A DNA stretch of 37,808 bases. It comes from Solirubrobacterales bacterium (GTDB lineage Bacteria > Actinomycetota > Thermoleophilia > Solirubrobacterales > 70-9). Positions 9,014 to 16,743 of the stretch are shown here, one piece after another. The first letter of the stretch is position 1. Every line of letters begins with the position of its first letter. The stretch lies in the NCBI GenBank assembly GCA_036257695.1, contig DATAFB010000131.1, forward strand, positions 1 to 37,808. Reading direction: 5' to 3'. The position numbers were made by a program, and so were the translations under genes. A model generated the notes under the pieces. The model was not told the DNA's origin and did no database searches. It worked only from the letters and a program-made list of their open reading frames with translations.

Positions 9014-9705
9014 TGGCTCCGGAGGACCCGTTCGCGCTCATGGCCCGACACCTGCCGAAGCGGGGGAAGGGCGGCCAGCGAGCGGTGTCCTGCTTCGTGG
9101 CGCTCGGCGACAGCTTCACGGCCGGCAAGGGGTGCGCTCCGGGCGAGCCGTGGGCCGATCGCGTCGCGGACGCGCTGCGCGCGCGCGAGCCGAAGCTCAC
9201 GTACCGCAACCTTGCCGTGGACGGCGCAACGAGCGACGCCGTCCTCGCCCAGCAGGTCGGCCCCGCCCTGCAGCTGGAGCCGGACCTCGTGACCGTGATC
9301 TGCGGGGCCAACGACGTCCTGCGCAGCGTGCGCCCCGACGTCGACGGGTACGGCGAGCGGCTGGCGGAGATCCTCGACCGGCTGCGCTCGGCGCTCCCCG
9401 GGGCGGCGATCTTGACCGCGACGTCGCCCGAGGGAATGAGGTTCATGGAGCTCGGCCCGAGGACCCGGGCCCGCGTCACGGGCGGCATCGGGCGCGTCAA
9501 CGAGGCCACCCGCGCGATCTCCGCCCGGCGCGGGATTCCGTGCTTCGACGTGGTCGACCACCCCGGGCTCGCCGACCGCGCCAACTTCTCGGCCGACGGG
9601 CTGCACCCGTCGCCTGTGGGACACGAGCGGGCAGCGTGGGAGCTCGCCCGCGTGCTTCGCGACGAGTTCGGGATCGACATCGAAACCGAAGGGAGAAAGC
9701 CGTGA
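9010..9705 (+). CDS. Cytoplasmic SGNH/GDSL-family hydrolase
   Basis: Starts at ATG 9010, overlapping the carboxyltransferase stop. All SGNH blocks are present: ALGDSFTAG (I), AVDGATS (II), CGANDV (III) and ADGLHPSPVGH (V). There is no signal peptide. Confidence 0.85.
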   Translation: MMAPEDPFALMARHLPKRGKGGQRAVSCFVALGDSFTAGKGCAPGEPWADRVADALRAREPKLTYRNLAVDGATSDAVLAQQVGPALQLEPDLVTVICGANDVLRSVRPDVDGYGERLAEILDRLRSALPGAAILTATSPEGMRFMELGPRTRARVTGGIGRVNEATRAISARRGIPCFDVVDHPGLADRANFSADGLHPSPVGHERAAWELARVLRDEFGIDIETEGRKP

Positions 9706-10235
9706 GCGCCAACGGGATCTTCGAGCGCGACTTCGACCAACTCGAGCCAGGAGCCGGGTTCGCAACCGCGAGCCGCACGATCACGGAGTCGGATCTGGTG
9801 TCGTTCGCGGCGCTGACCGGCGACCGCCATCCGCTGCACACCGACGCACGGTGGGCCGCGGACAGCCCGTTCGGCGAGCGGGTCGCGCATGGGATGCTGG
9901 TGCTGTCGTATGCGCTCGGGCTCGTCCCGTTCGATCCCGCGCGGGTGCTCGCGCTGCGCGGCGTCGACGGCGTGACGTTCAAGCGCCCCGCCCACATCGG
10001 CGACACGATCCGGGTCGAGGGACGGGTCGACTCGGTGGAGCCCCTCGACGCGTCGACCGGGCTCGTCACGTGCGGCTGGAAGGTGCTGAACGACCGCAAC
10101 GAGACGCTCGCCCGGGCGAAGCTGAAGGTTCTGTGGAGACGCGAGGAGGGACAGGAAACGTCGTCCCGCCCGCAACCCCGCGGAAGCGGAGGCGTAGCCG
10201 AGCATTTCGCTGGCAATGGTGAGGTCTACCTGTGA
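9702..10235 (+). CDS. MaoC-like (R)-specific hydratase/dehydratase
   Basis: GTG 9702 (GTGA overlap with the SGNH stop). Hot-dog fold signature: SDLVSFAALTGDRHPLHTD ... FGERVAHGML. The ~35-aa C-terminal tail is low complexity. Confidence 0.85.
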   Translation: MSANGIFERDFDQLEPGAGFATASRTITESDLVSFAALTGDRHPLHTDARWAADSPFGERVAHGMLVLSYALGLVPFDPARVLALRGVDGVTFKRPAHIGDTIRVEGRVDSVEPLDASTGLVTCGWKVLNDRNETLARAKLKVLWRREEGQETSSRPQPRGSGGVAEHFAGNGEVYL

Positions 10236-11053
10236 TCCTCGAGGGCAAGCGGATCCTCGTCACTGGCGTCGTCAACCGCCACAGCATCGCCTTCGCCGTC
10301 GCCGAGCAGGCGCAGAACGCCGGCGCCGAGGTCCTGCTGACGAGCTTCGGCCGCGTGCGCCGGATGACCGAGCGCGCGGCCAAGCGGCTTCCGGAAGAGC
10401 CCGAGGTGCTGGAGCTGGACGTCAACCGGCCCGAGGACTTCGCCGCCCTGCGCGACGAGCTGCGCGGGCGCTGGGGAAGGGTGGACGGGGCCGTGCACGC
10501 GATCGCGTTCGCGCCCCCCGATGCGCTCGGCGGCGAGTTCCTCAACACGCCGCGCGAGAGCGCCACGGCGGCGTTCGAGACAAGCGCCTTCTCGCTCAAG
10601 GCGCTCGCCGAGGCGCTGATGCCGCTGTACGCGAACGGCGCCGAGGGCGGGGGCGGCAGCCTCGTCGGGCTCGACTTCGACGCCTCCGTCGCGTGGCCGG
10701 CGTACGACTGGATGGGGGTGTCGAAGGCGGCGCTCGAGTCGGCGGCGCGCTACCTGGCGCGCGACCTGGGGCCGCACGGGGTGCGCGTCAACCTCGTCTC
10801 CGCGGGCCCGCTGGCGACGCCGGCGGCGAGCGGGATTCCCGGGTTCGGCGACCTGGCGAAGATGTGGGGCACCCAGGCGCCGCTGGGGTGGGACGTCGAA
10901 GATCCCGGCCCCGTGGCGGCGGCGATCGCGTTCCTGCTCTCCGACATGGCGCGCGGGATCAGCGGCGAGATCCTGCACGTCGACGGCGGATTCCACGCCA
11001 TGGGCGCCCCCGTACGGGGCGACGCCGAGGCCGCCGGAGCGCCGGCGAGCTAG
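10232..11053 (+). CDS. fabI: Enoyl-ACP reductase (FabI/InhA type)
   Basis: GTG 10232 (GTGA overlap). N-terminal KRILVTGVVNRHSIAFAVA, plus YDWMGVSKAALES (Y-x6-K) and ILHVDGGFH. Confidence 0.9.
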   Translation: MILEGKRILVTGVVNRHSIAFAVAEQAQNAGAEVLLTSFGRVRRMTERAAKRLPEEPEVLELDVNRPEDFAALRDELRGRWGRVDGAVHAIAFAPPDALGGEFLNTPRESATAAFETSAFSLKALAEALMPLYANGAEGGGGSLVGLDFDASVAWPAYDWMGVSKAALESAARYLARDLGPHGVRVNLVSAGPLATPAASGIPGFGDLAKMWGTQAPLGWDVEDPGPVAAAIAFLLSDMARGISGEILHVDGGFHAMGAPVRGDAEAAGAPAS

Positions 11054-12045
11054 CGGCAGTCGACCCAGGCGCCCTCGGCGGCGGCGCGCAGCGCGCGGTC
11101 GACGACCTCCGCCGCACGCAGCCCGTCTTCGATCGCGGGCGGCCGCGCGTCCTCGTGACCCTCGACGGCGGCATAGAAGTCGAACACGAGGTTGCGAACG
11201 GCGTCGGCCCAGCCCTCCACGTGTCCGGGGGGAAGGCCGGGCGGGCCGCTCGGGGCCCAGTCGGGTGAGCGCATCTCGACCGCGGTGCCGCCGCCCCGGC
11301 GAGCGACGCGCAGCTCCTCCGGGTGCTCCTGAGCCCACGCCACCGACCCGAGCTCGCCGTCGACGGCAAGCCGCAGGTCGTTCTTCGACCCCGCGGCGAC
11401 CTGGGAGAAGACGAGCGCGACCCGCGCCCCGCCCTCGAGTCGCGCCACGACCGACCCGTGGTCGTCGAGGCCGTCATCGTCCGCCAGCGCCGAGCCCAGC
11501 GTCGCGGCGACGGCCTCGAACGCGATCCCGGTCACGTGCGTGACGAGGTCGAATAGGTGCGTGCCGAGGTCGGCGAGCGTGCACGACGGCCCGGATCGCG
11601 CCGCCGAGCGCCGCCACCCGGGGTCCGGGATCTCGAGCAGCCAGTCCTGGAGATAGGTCCCGCGGACCGTCGTCACCTCGCCGACGGCCCCGTTGGCAAC
11701 CAGCTCGCGCATGCGGGCGATCGCCGGGAAGTAGCGGTAGGTGAACGTGACGCATGCGTGGCGGCCCGAGGCGGCGACCGCCTCGGCCAGCCGCTGCGCC
11801 TCGCCGAGGTCCCTGCCGAGCGGCTTCTCGGCGACGAGGTGCGCCCCGGCCTGGACCGCCCGCGTCCCGAGCCGAAGATGGAGGTCGTTGGGAGTGCAGT
11901 TGTGGACGACGTCGGCGGCGGCGAGCAGAGGGTCGGGGTCGTCCGATGAGGCCGCCATGCCGATCAGCTCGACGCCGGGGACGCGCCGCAGGGCGTCGAC
12001 GTGGGCGCGGCCGGAGAAGCCGACTCCGATCACCGCCGCCTTCAC
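11050..12045 (-). CDS. Gfo/Idh/MocA-family NAD(P)-dependent oxidoreductase
   Basis: N-terminal Rossmann segment MKAAVIGVGFSGRAHV and an EKPL motif (LVAEKPLG). It is the last gene of the sugar operon, and its stop shares the CTAG tetranucleotide with the fabI stop. Confidence 0.85.
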   Translation of the reverse strand: MKAAVIGVGFSGRAHVDALRRVPGVELIGMAASSDDPDPLLAAADVVHNCTPNDLHLRLGTRAVQAGAHLVAEKPLGRDLGEAQRLAEAVAASGRHACVTFTYRYFPAIARMRELVANGAVGEVTTVRGTYLQDWLLEIPDPGWRRSAARSGPSCTLADLGTHLFDLVTHVTGIAFEAVAATLGSALADDDGLDDHGSVVARLEGGARVALVFSQVAAGSKNDLRLAVDGELGSVAWAQEHPEELRVARRGGGTAVEMRSPDWAPSGPPGLPPGHVEGWADAVRNLVFDFYAAVEGHEDARPPAIEDGLRAAEVVDRALRAAAEGAWVDCR

Positions 12046-12055
12046 GCCGATGCCG

Positions 12056-13270
12056 CTAGGTGGTGCCGGTCTGTCGCCGCAGCCGCGTGGCCGCGTCGAT
12101 CGTCACCGCGAGCAGCAGCACGGCGCCGGTGATCATGAACTTGATATCCGACGACAGCGCCAGCAGGTCCATGCCGTTCGAGATCGACCCGATGACCAGC
12201 GCGCCGAGCAGCGCCGACCACACGAAGCCGCGCCCCCCGAACAGGCTCGTGCCGGCGATCACGGGACCGGCGATCGCGAGCAGCAGCAGGTCGCTGCCGC
12301 CCGAGCTCTGGTTGACCGCGAGCAGCCGTGAGGCCGCCAGAATCCCCCCCGCCGCCGCGAGCGTCGAGCCGAGCGTGAAGACGGTGATCCGGACCCACTT
12401 GGTCGAGATCCCGGCGCGCCGCGCCGCCTCGGCGTTGCCGCCGACGGCGAAGATGTGGCGCCCGTACCGCGTGCGCTTGGTGATGAACGAGAAGATCGCC
12501 ATGAGGCTGAGCATGATCACGGCGGCGAGCGGCACGCCGCGGTCCTCGTTGAGGATCGCGACGGCGGCGATCATCGCGGCGGCGACGACCGCGGTCTTCG
12601 CGACCGCGGCGCCCAGGGCTCCCGTCTCGAGCCCCGCCTTCTCGCGCAGGCGGCGCTCTCGGATCACGGTGGCCGTGTAGGCCGCGATCACCACCGCGGC
12701 GACCGCCCACCCGAGCTCCTGCGAGAAGAACGTGGTCGTCAGGTCGGTGATCAGGTTGTCGGGGAGGTTCACCGTCCCGGTGTCGCCGAGCACCGCGAGC
12801 AGCGCCCCCTGCCACGCCAGCAGCCCCGCGAGGGTGACGACGAACGACGGGATCCCGAAGGTCGTGACCATGAAGCCGTTGAAGAGGCCGATCGCCGCGC
12901 CGGTGGCGAGCCCGGCGAGGATCGCGAGCTCGGGGGCCCACCCTTCCTTGACATTGAGCACCGCCATCACCCCCGCGGCGAGGCCGCTGACGGCGGCGAC
13001 CGAGAGGTCGATCTCCCCGAGCAGCAGGATCAGGACGACACCGATCGAGATCGTCGCCACGGCGGTGATCTGGAGGATGAGGTTGGAGAGGTTGATCGCC
13101 GTCAGGAAGCGGTCGTTGGCGATCTGGAAGATCGTCCAGATCACGGCGATCCCGAGCAGGACCCGCAGCGTCCCGTACTCGCCGAGCGCCATCCGGCGCA
13201 GGAACTCCGCCACGGCCCCGCGCTCGCGGGCGGCCGGCGCGGCTGCCTCTCCGGTGGCGACTCCGCTCAC
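12056..13270 (-). CDS. Sugar ABC transporter permease (XylH/RbsC-like)
   Basis: 404-aa polytopic protein of the branched-chain/monosaccharide permease type. The permease start overlaps the ATPase stop by 4 nt. Confidence 0.85.
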   Translation of the reverse strand: MSGVATGEAAAPAARERGAVAEFLRRMALGEYGTLRVLLGIAVIWTIFQIANDRFLTAINLSNLILQITAVATISIGVVLILLLGEIDLSVAAVSGLAAGVMAVLNVKEGWAPELAILAGLATGAAIGLFNGFMVTTFGIPSFVVTLAGLLAWQGALLAVLGDTGTVNLPDNLITDLTTTFFSQELGWAVAAVVIAAYTATVIRERRLREKAGLETGALGAAVAKTAVVAAAMIAAVAILNEDRGVPLAAVIMLSLMAIFSFITKRTRYGRHIFAVGGNAEAARRAGISTKWVRITVFTLGSTLAAAGGILAASRLLAVNQSSGGSDLLLLAIAGPVIAGTSLFGGRGFVWSALLGALVIGSISNGMDLLALSSDIKFMITGAVLLLAVTIDAATRLRRQTGTT

Positions 13271-14100
13271 AGAGCGTGCTCCTCCGTCGTTCGCGCGACG
13301 TCCTCCTGTCCGAACTCCGCCCCGGTGATCGCGCCGACGACCTGCTCGCGGTTGGTCTCGTCCGCGTCGAGGACCGCGGCGACCCGGCCGAGGCGCAACA
13401 CGACGATCCGATCGGCGACCCGGAACACGTTGGCGAGGTTGTGGCTGATCACGACGACGCCGAGCCCGCGCTCGCGCAGCCGCTGGACCAGCTTCAGGAT
13501 CTCGCGGGTCTGGACGACGCCGAGCGCGGCGGTCGGCTCATCGAGCAGCACGAGCCGCGGCTCGCCGAGCAGCGAGCGGGCGATCGCGACCGCCTGTCGC
13601 TGTCCGCCGGAGAGCTGGGCGACCTCGGTCCGAACGCTGCGGATCGTCGTCACGCCGAGCGAGTCGAGCAGCTCGAGGGTGCGGTGCTCCATCGACGGCT
13701 CGTCGAGCAGGTCGAGGCCGGGGATGTGGTTGCCGACCTCCTGGCCGAGATAGAGGTTCTGGACAACGTCGAGGTTCTCGCACAACGCGAGGTCCTGGTA
13801 CACGGTGGCGATCCCGAGCCTGTACGCCGCCTGGGGGGTGTTGAGAGTGACCCGATTCCCCTCGAAGTAGGCCTCACCCTCATCGGCGGGCTGGACTCCG
13901 GAGATTGCCTTGATCAGGGTCGACTTGCCGGCGCCGTTGTCGCCGACTAGGCCTACCACCTCGCCGGCGCCGAGCTCGAAGTCGACGTCCTTGAGGGCCT
14001 CGACGGGCCCGAAGCTCTTGCTGACCCCCTTCAGCGCGAGGAGAGGCGAGTTCGCCGGAGTGCGCTCAGTTGCCGCTTGCTGGCTCTGAGTCCCGTTCAT
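13267..14100 (-). CDS. Sugar ABC transporter ATP-binding protein (single NBD)
   Basis: Walker A GDNGAGKST, signature LSGGQRQ and Walker B LVLLDEPT. It has only one nucleotide-binding domain (277 aa). Confidence 0.9.
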   Translation of the reverse strand: MNGTQSQQAATERTPANSPLLALKGVSKSFGPVEALKDVDFELGAGEVVGLVGDNGAGKSTLIKAISGVQPADEGEAYFEGNRVTLNTPQAAYRLGIATVYQDLALCENLDVVQNLYLGQEVGNHIPGLDLLDEPSMEHRTLELLDSLGVTTIRSVRTEVAQLSGGQRQAVAIARSLLGEPRLVLLDEPTAALGVVQTREILKLVQRLRERGLGVVVISHNLANVFRVADRIVVLRLGRVAAVLDADETNREQVVGAITGAEFGQEDVARTTEEHAL

Positions 14101-14134
14101 CTCCGTGCCTCTCCTCGCGCCTCGGGGTCAATGG

Positions 14135-15232
14135 CTACTGCAGGCCCGCGTCCTTGCAGTCCTGAGCGTATGCCTTGGTGCAGATCTCGTCCACGCTCCA
14201 GAAATCGTCCTTGATGATCGTGTCTTCGATGTTGTCCTGGAAGACGGGGATCGTCTCGAGGAACACCGTCGGGACCTGCTCCTGTCCGTTGTCCTCCTCG
14301 CCGTTGATGAGGCCCTCAGGGGGATCCTCACCCTGGGCGAGCGCGACCGCGAGCTCGGCGGCCGCGTCGGCGAGCGGCGTGATCGGCTTGTACACCGTCA
14401 TGTACTGCTCGCCCGCGAGGATGCGCTGGATCGCGGCCAGCTCGGCGTCCTGCCCGGTGGTCGGCTTCGACTCCGGGTCGATGCCGGCGGACTTCATCGC
14501 CGCGATCGCGCCGCCGGCGGTGCCGTCGTTCGCCGCGTACACCCCGGCGAACCCGTTCTTGCCCTCGGCCGTGATCGCCTGCTCCATCTCGAGCTGCGCT
14601 TCGTCCGGCGACCAGTCGGGCGTGTCGTACTCCTTCGCGATCTCGACGCCCTCCTGGTCGAAGATCTCCGTCGAGCCCTCGTTGAACAGCTTCGCGTTGT
14701 TGTCGGTGGGCGCGCCGTTGATCTGGACGATCGGGCCCTTGGGGGAGCCGTCCTCCGCCAGCTTCTCGGACAGGGCCTCGCCCTGCTGGCGCCCGACCTC
14801 GACGCTGTCGAACGACACGTAGTAGTCCAGGTCGGCGTCGAGGATCAGCCGGTCGTAGCTGATCACCGGGATGCCGGCTTCCTTCGAGCGGCTGACCAGT
14901 CCCGCGGCCGCGGCCGAATCGACCGGGTCGAGGACCATCACGTCGACGCCCTCGGTGATCGCGGCCTCGACCTGCTGCTGCTGCTTGGCGGTGTCCTGGT
15001 CGGCGTTGCTGTACACGATCTCGCACTCCGAGCACAGCTCGTCGACCTTGGCCTCGAACGTCGGCCGGTCCTGGGTCTCGTACCGCGCTGTCTTCGACTC
15101 CGGAAGCAGGTAGGCAATGCTGCCGCCGCCTTCACCGCCGCCATCGTCGTCGTCGCCGCCGCACGCGGCCAGCCCGAGGGCCAGTCCGAGCACGACGATC
15201 GGCACGAGCACCCGAGGTGCTCTCACTCGCAT
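14135..15232 (-). CDS. Sugar ABC transporter substrate-binding lipoprotein (XylF/ChvE-like)
   Basis: Lipobox LAACGG after a signal peptide. Periplasmic-binding-protein type I fold signatures place it in the D-xylose/multiple-sugar binding family. The substrate is not determinable here. Confidence 0.85.
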   Translation of the reverse strand: MRVRAPRVLVPIVVLGLALGLAACGGDDDDGGGEGGGSIAYLLPESKTARYETQDRPTFEAKVDELCSECEIVYSNADQDTAKQQQQVEAAITEGVDVMVLDPVDSAAAAGLVSRSKEAGIPVISYDRLILDADLDYYVSFDSVEVGRQQGEALSEKLAEDGSPKGPIVQINGAPTDNNAKLFNEGSTEIFDQEGVEIAKEYDTPDWSPDEAQLEMEQAITAEGKNGFAGVYAANDGTAGGAIAAMKSAGIDPESKPTTGQDAELAAIQRILAGEQYMTVYKPITPLADAAAELAVALAQGEDPPEGLINGEEDNGQEQVPTVFLETIPVFQDNIEDTIIKDDFWSVDEICTKAYAQDCKDAGLQ

Positions 15233-15299
15233 TCGCTCCTCCTCTCGTTGGTGATCACGTTCCCGTCTTGCCCTGTTTCCAAGCCTGTCCGTCCCGGTG

Positions 15300-16562
15300 T
15301 CACGCGGCCTCCTTCGTCGGCAGCGCCGGGGTGAGGAAGCGGTCCGACTCGTGCATGACGAGGGCGAGCGCGCCGAGCAGCTCAGCGCGCTCGCCCAGCA
15401 CCCCTGGGACGATCTCGAGCTGCTCGACCGCGTTGGGGATCGCGTTGTGGCGCACCGAGCGCCGGACGGGGTCGAGCAGCACGTCGCCGGCGGCGCTGAG
15501 GTCGCCGCCGACGATCACGCATTCGGGGTTGAGCAGGTTGCAGAGGTTGGCGACGGCGATCCCGACGGCTCGGCCGGCGTCGCCGATCAGGCGCTGAGCG
15601 GCGGCGTCGCCGGCGGCCGACAGCTCGAGCAGGCGCCTCGTGGTGACCTCCTCGCCGCGGCTGGCGCTGAGGAGCTGGGTGATCGCCCGTGTCGAGGCGA
15701 GGGTCTCGAGGCAGCCGCGGTTCCCGCACCGGCACACCGGGCCGCCGTCGGCGAGCACGGTGTGGCCGATCTCGCCCGCCGTCCCGCCGACGCCGTGGTG
15801 GAGGCGGCCGGCGGAGATGAAACCGGCGCCGATCCCGGTCGCCAGCTTGATGTAGGCGACGTCGGAGCGGCCCTGGCCCGCGCCCCACACGAGCTCAGCG
15901 AGGGCGCCGATGTTGGCGTCGTTCTCGACCTCGACCGGCATCTCGAGCCGGCGGCTGGCCTCGGCCGCGGCATCGACGCCGACCCAGCCGGGGAGGATCG
16001 AGGACGCCTGGACGGCGCCGGTGGCGCGGTCGATCGGCGCCGGGAGGCCCATCCCGGCACCGATCACGCGGCTGCGGTCGGCGCCCGCCTCGTCGAGGAC
16101 GTTGGCGACGAACTCGGCGGCGGCGTCGAGGCCGTGGTCGGCGGAGTGGTCGACGTCCATCTCACCCCACGTCTCGGCGAGGACGGCGTGGGAGAGGTCG
16201 GAGACGGCGACGCGAAGGTGGCGGTGGCCGAAGTCGATTCCAACCGCGAGCCCGGCGGAGCTGTCGAGCGAGATCATCACCGGGGGTCGGCCGGTGTGGG
16301 CCTCCTGCGACGGCGGGAGCCCGTTCTCGCGCTCGATCGCGAGGCGGGCCTCGAGCAGGTCGGACACGATCGTCGACACCGTCGAGCGCGACAGGCCGGT
16401 GATCCGGGCGAGGTCGGCGCGGCTGGCGACGCCGCGCTGGCGCAGCGCGTCGACGATCCGGCGGCGGTTGCCCTCGCGCAGCGACGTGAGCGAGCCACTC
16501 GCGCTTCGTCCTCCTCCCGTGCCCACGCGGCTGAGTCTTTCCGCCGCACGGGGATTTGTCAA
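15300..16562 (-). CDS. ROK-family transcriptional regulator
   Basis: N-terminal wHTH (RADLARITGLSRSTVSTIVSDLLE), ROK sugar-kinase-like core with the zinc motif GHTVLADGGPVCRCGNRGCLE. The track start is TTG 16562. An internal GTG at 16526 is an alternative start, because TTGACA-17-AAGACT lies directly upstream of it. Confidence 0.85.
   Translation of the reverse strand: MTNPRAAERLSRVGTGGGRSASGSLTSLREGNRRRIVDALRQRGVASRADLARITGLSRSTVSTIVSDLLEARLAIERENGLPPSQEAHTGRPPVMISLDSSAGLAVGIDFGHRHLRVAVSDLSHAVLAETWGEMDVDHSADHGLDAAAEFVANVLDEAGADRSRVIGAGMGLPAPIDRATGAVQASSILPGWVGVDAAAEASRRLEMPVEVENDANIGALAELVWGAGQGRSDVAYIKLATGIGAGFISAGRLHHGVGGTAGEIGHTVLADGGPVCRCGNRGCLETLASTRAITQLLSASRGEEVTTRRLLELSAAGDAAAQRLIGDAGRAVGIAVANLCNLLNPECVIVGGDLSAAGDVLLDPVRRSVRHNAIPNAVEQLEIVPGVLGERAELLGALALVMHESDRFLTPALPTKEAA
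16534..16562 (-). promoter_or_regulatory. Candidate sigma-70-type promoter for the ROK gene (-35 TTGACA, 17-nt spacer, -10 AAGACT)
   Basis: On the minus strand the sequence reads TTGACA-AATCCCCGTGCGGCGGA-AAGACT-CAGCCGC-GTG. This would put the transcription start at or next to GTG 16526, giving a leaderless mRNA. Confidence 0.3.
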
Positions 16563-16570
16563 GAGTCGGG

Positions 16571-16591
16571 CGGAAAGATCTGCGCTTTCCG
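16571..16591 (-). terminator. Hairpin CGGAAAG-N7-CTTTCCG downstream of tRNA-Glu
   Basis: Perfect 7-bp stem with a 7-nt loop. No U-tract. Confidence 0.25.
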
Positions 16592-16603
16592 GTTGTTTAT
16601 GTC

Positions 16604-16645
16604 CGGAACACGAACAATCGGCTGTGCCTGTGTTCCGTCTGTTCC
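16604..16645 (-). promoter_or_regulatory. Inverted/direct TGTTCC repeats (CGGAACAC-N18-GTGTTCCG-TC-TGTTCC)
   Basis: An 8-bp inverted repeat plus an extra direct copy lies between the tRNA 3' end and the ROK promoter. It could be a tRNA 3' processing or terminator structure, or an operator. Confidence 0.3.
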
Positions 16646-16650
16646 AGCGA

Positions 16651-16723
16651 TGGCCCCGACGGGATTCGAACCCTGCTCTTCCGGCTTGAAAGGCCGGCGT
16701 GCTGACCCTTACACCACGGGGCC
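16651..16723 (-). tRNA. tRNA-Glu (anticodon UUC)
   Basis: Reverse complement: GGCCCCGTGGTGTAAGGGTCAGCACGCCGGCCTTTCAAGCCGGAAGAGCAGGGTTCGAATCCCGTCGGGGCCA. It has a 7-bp acceptor stem, a D-arm, anticodon stem CCGGC/GCCGG with loop CUUUCAA, and a TTCGAAT T-loop. No CCA is encoded. The T-stem shows two apparent mismatches (see findings). Confidence 0.85.
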
Positions 16724-16743
16724 GAGGGCCGTCTGAGTGTAGG

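Noticed and set aside
13267-14100. Single-NBD ATPase in a monosaccharide (CUT2-like) ABC transporter as an anomaly
   Set aside because: Classical RbsA/XylG proteins have duplicated NBDs. However, single-domain ATPases acting as homodimers appear to be common in GC-rich Gram-positive sugar operons, so I did not consider it unusual enough without a database comparison.
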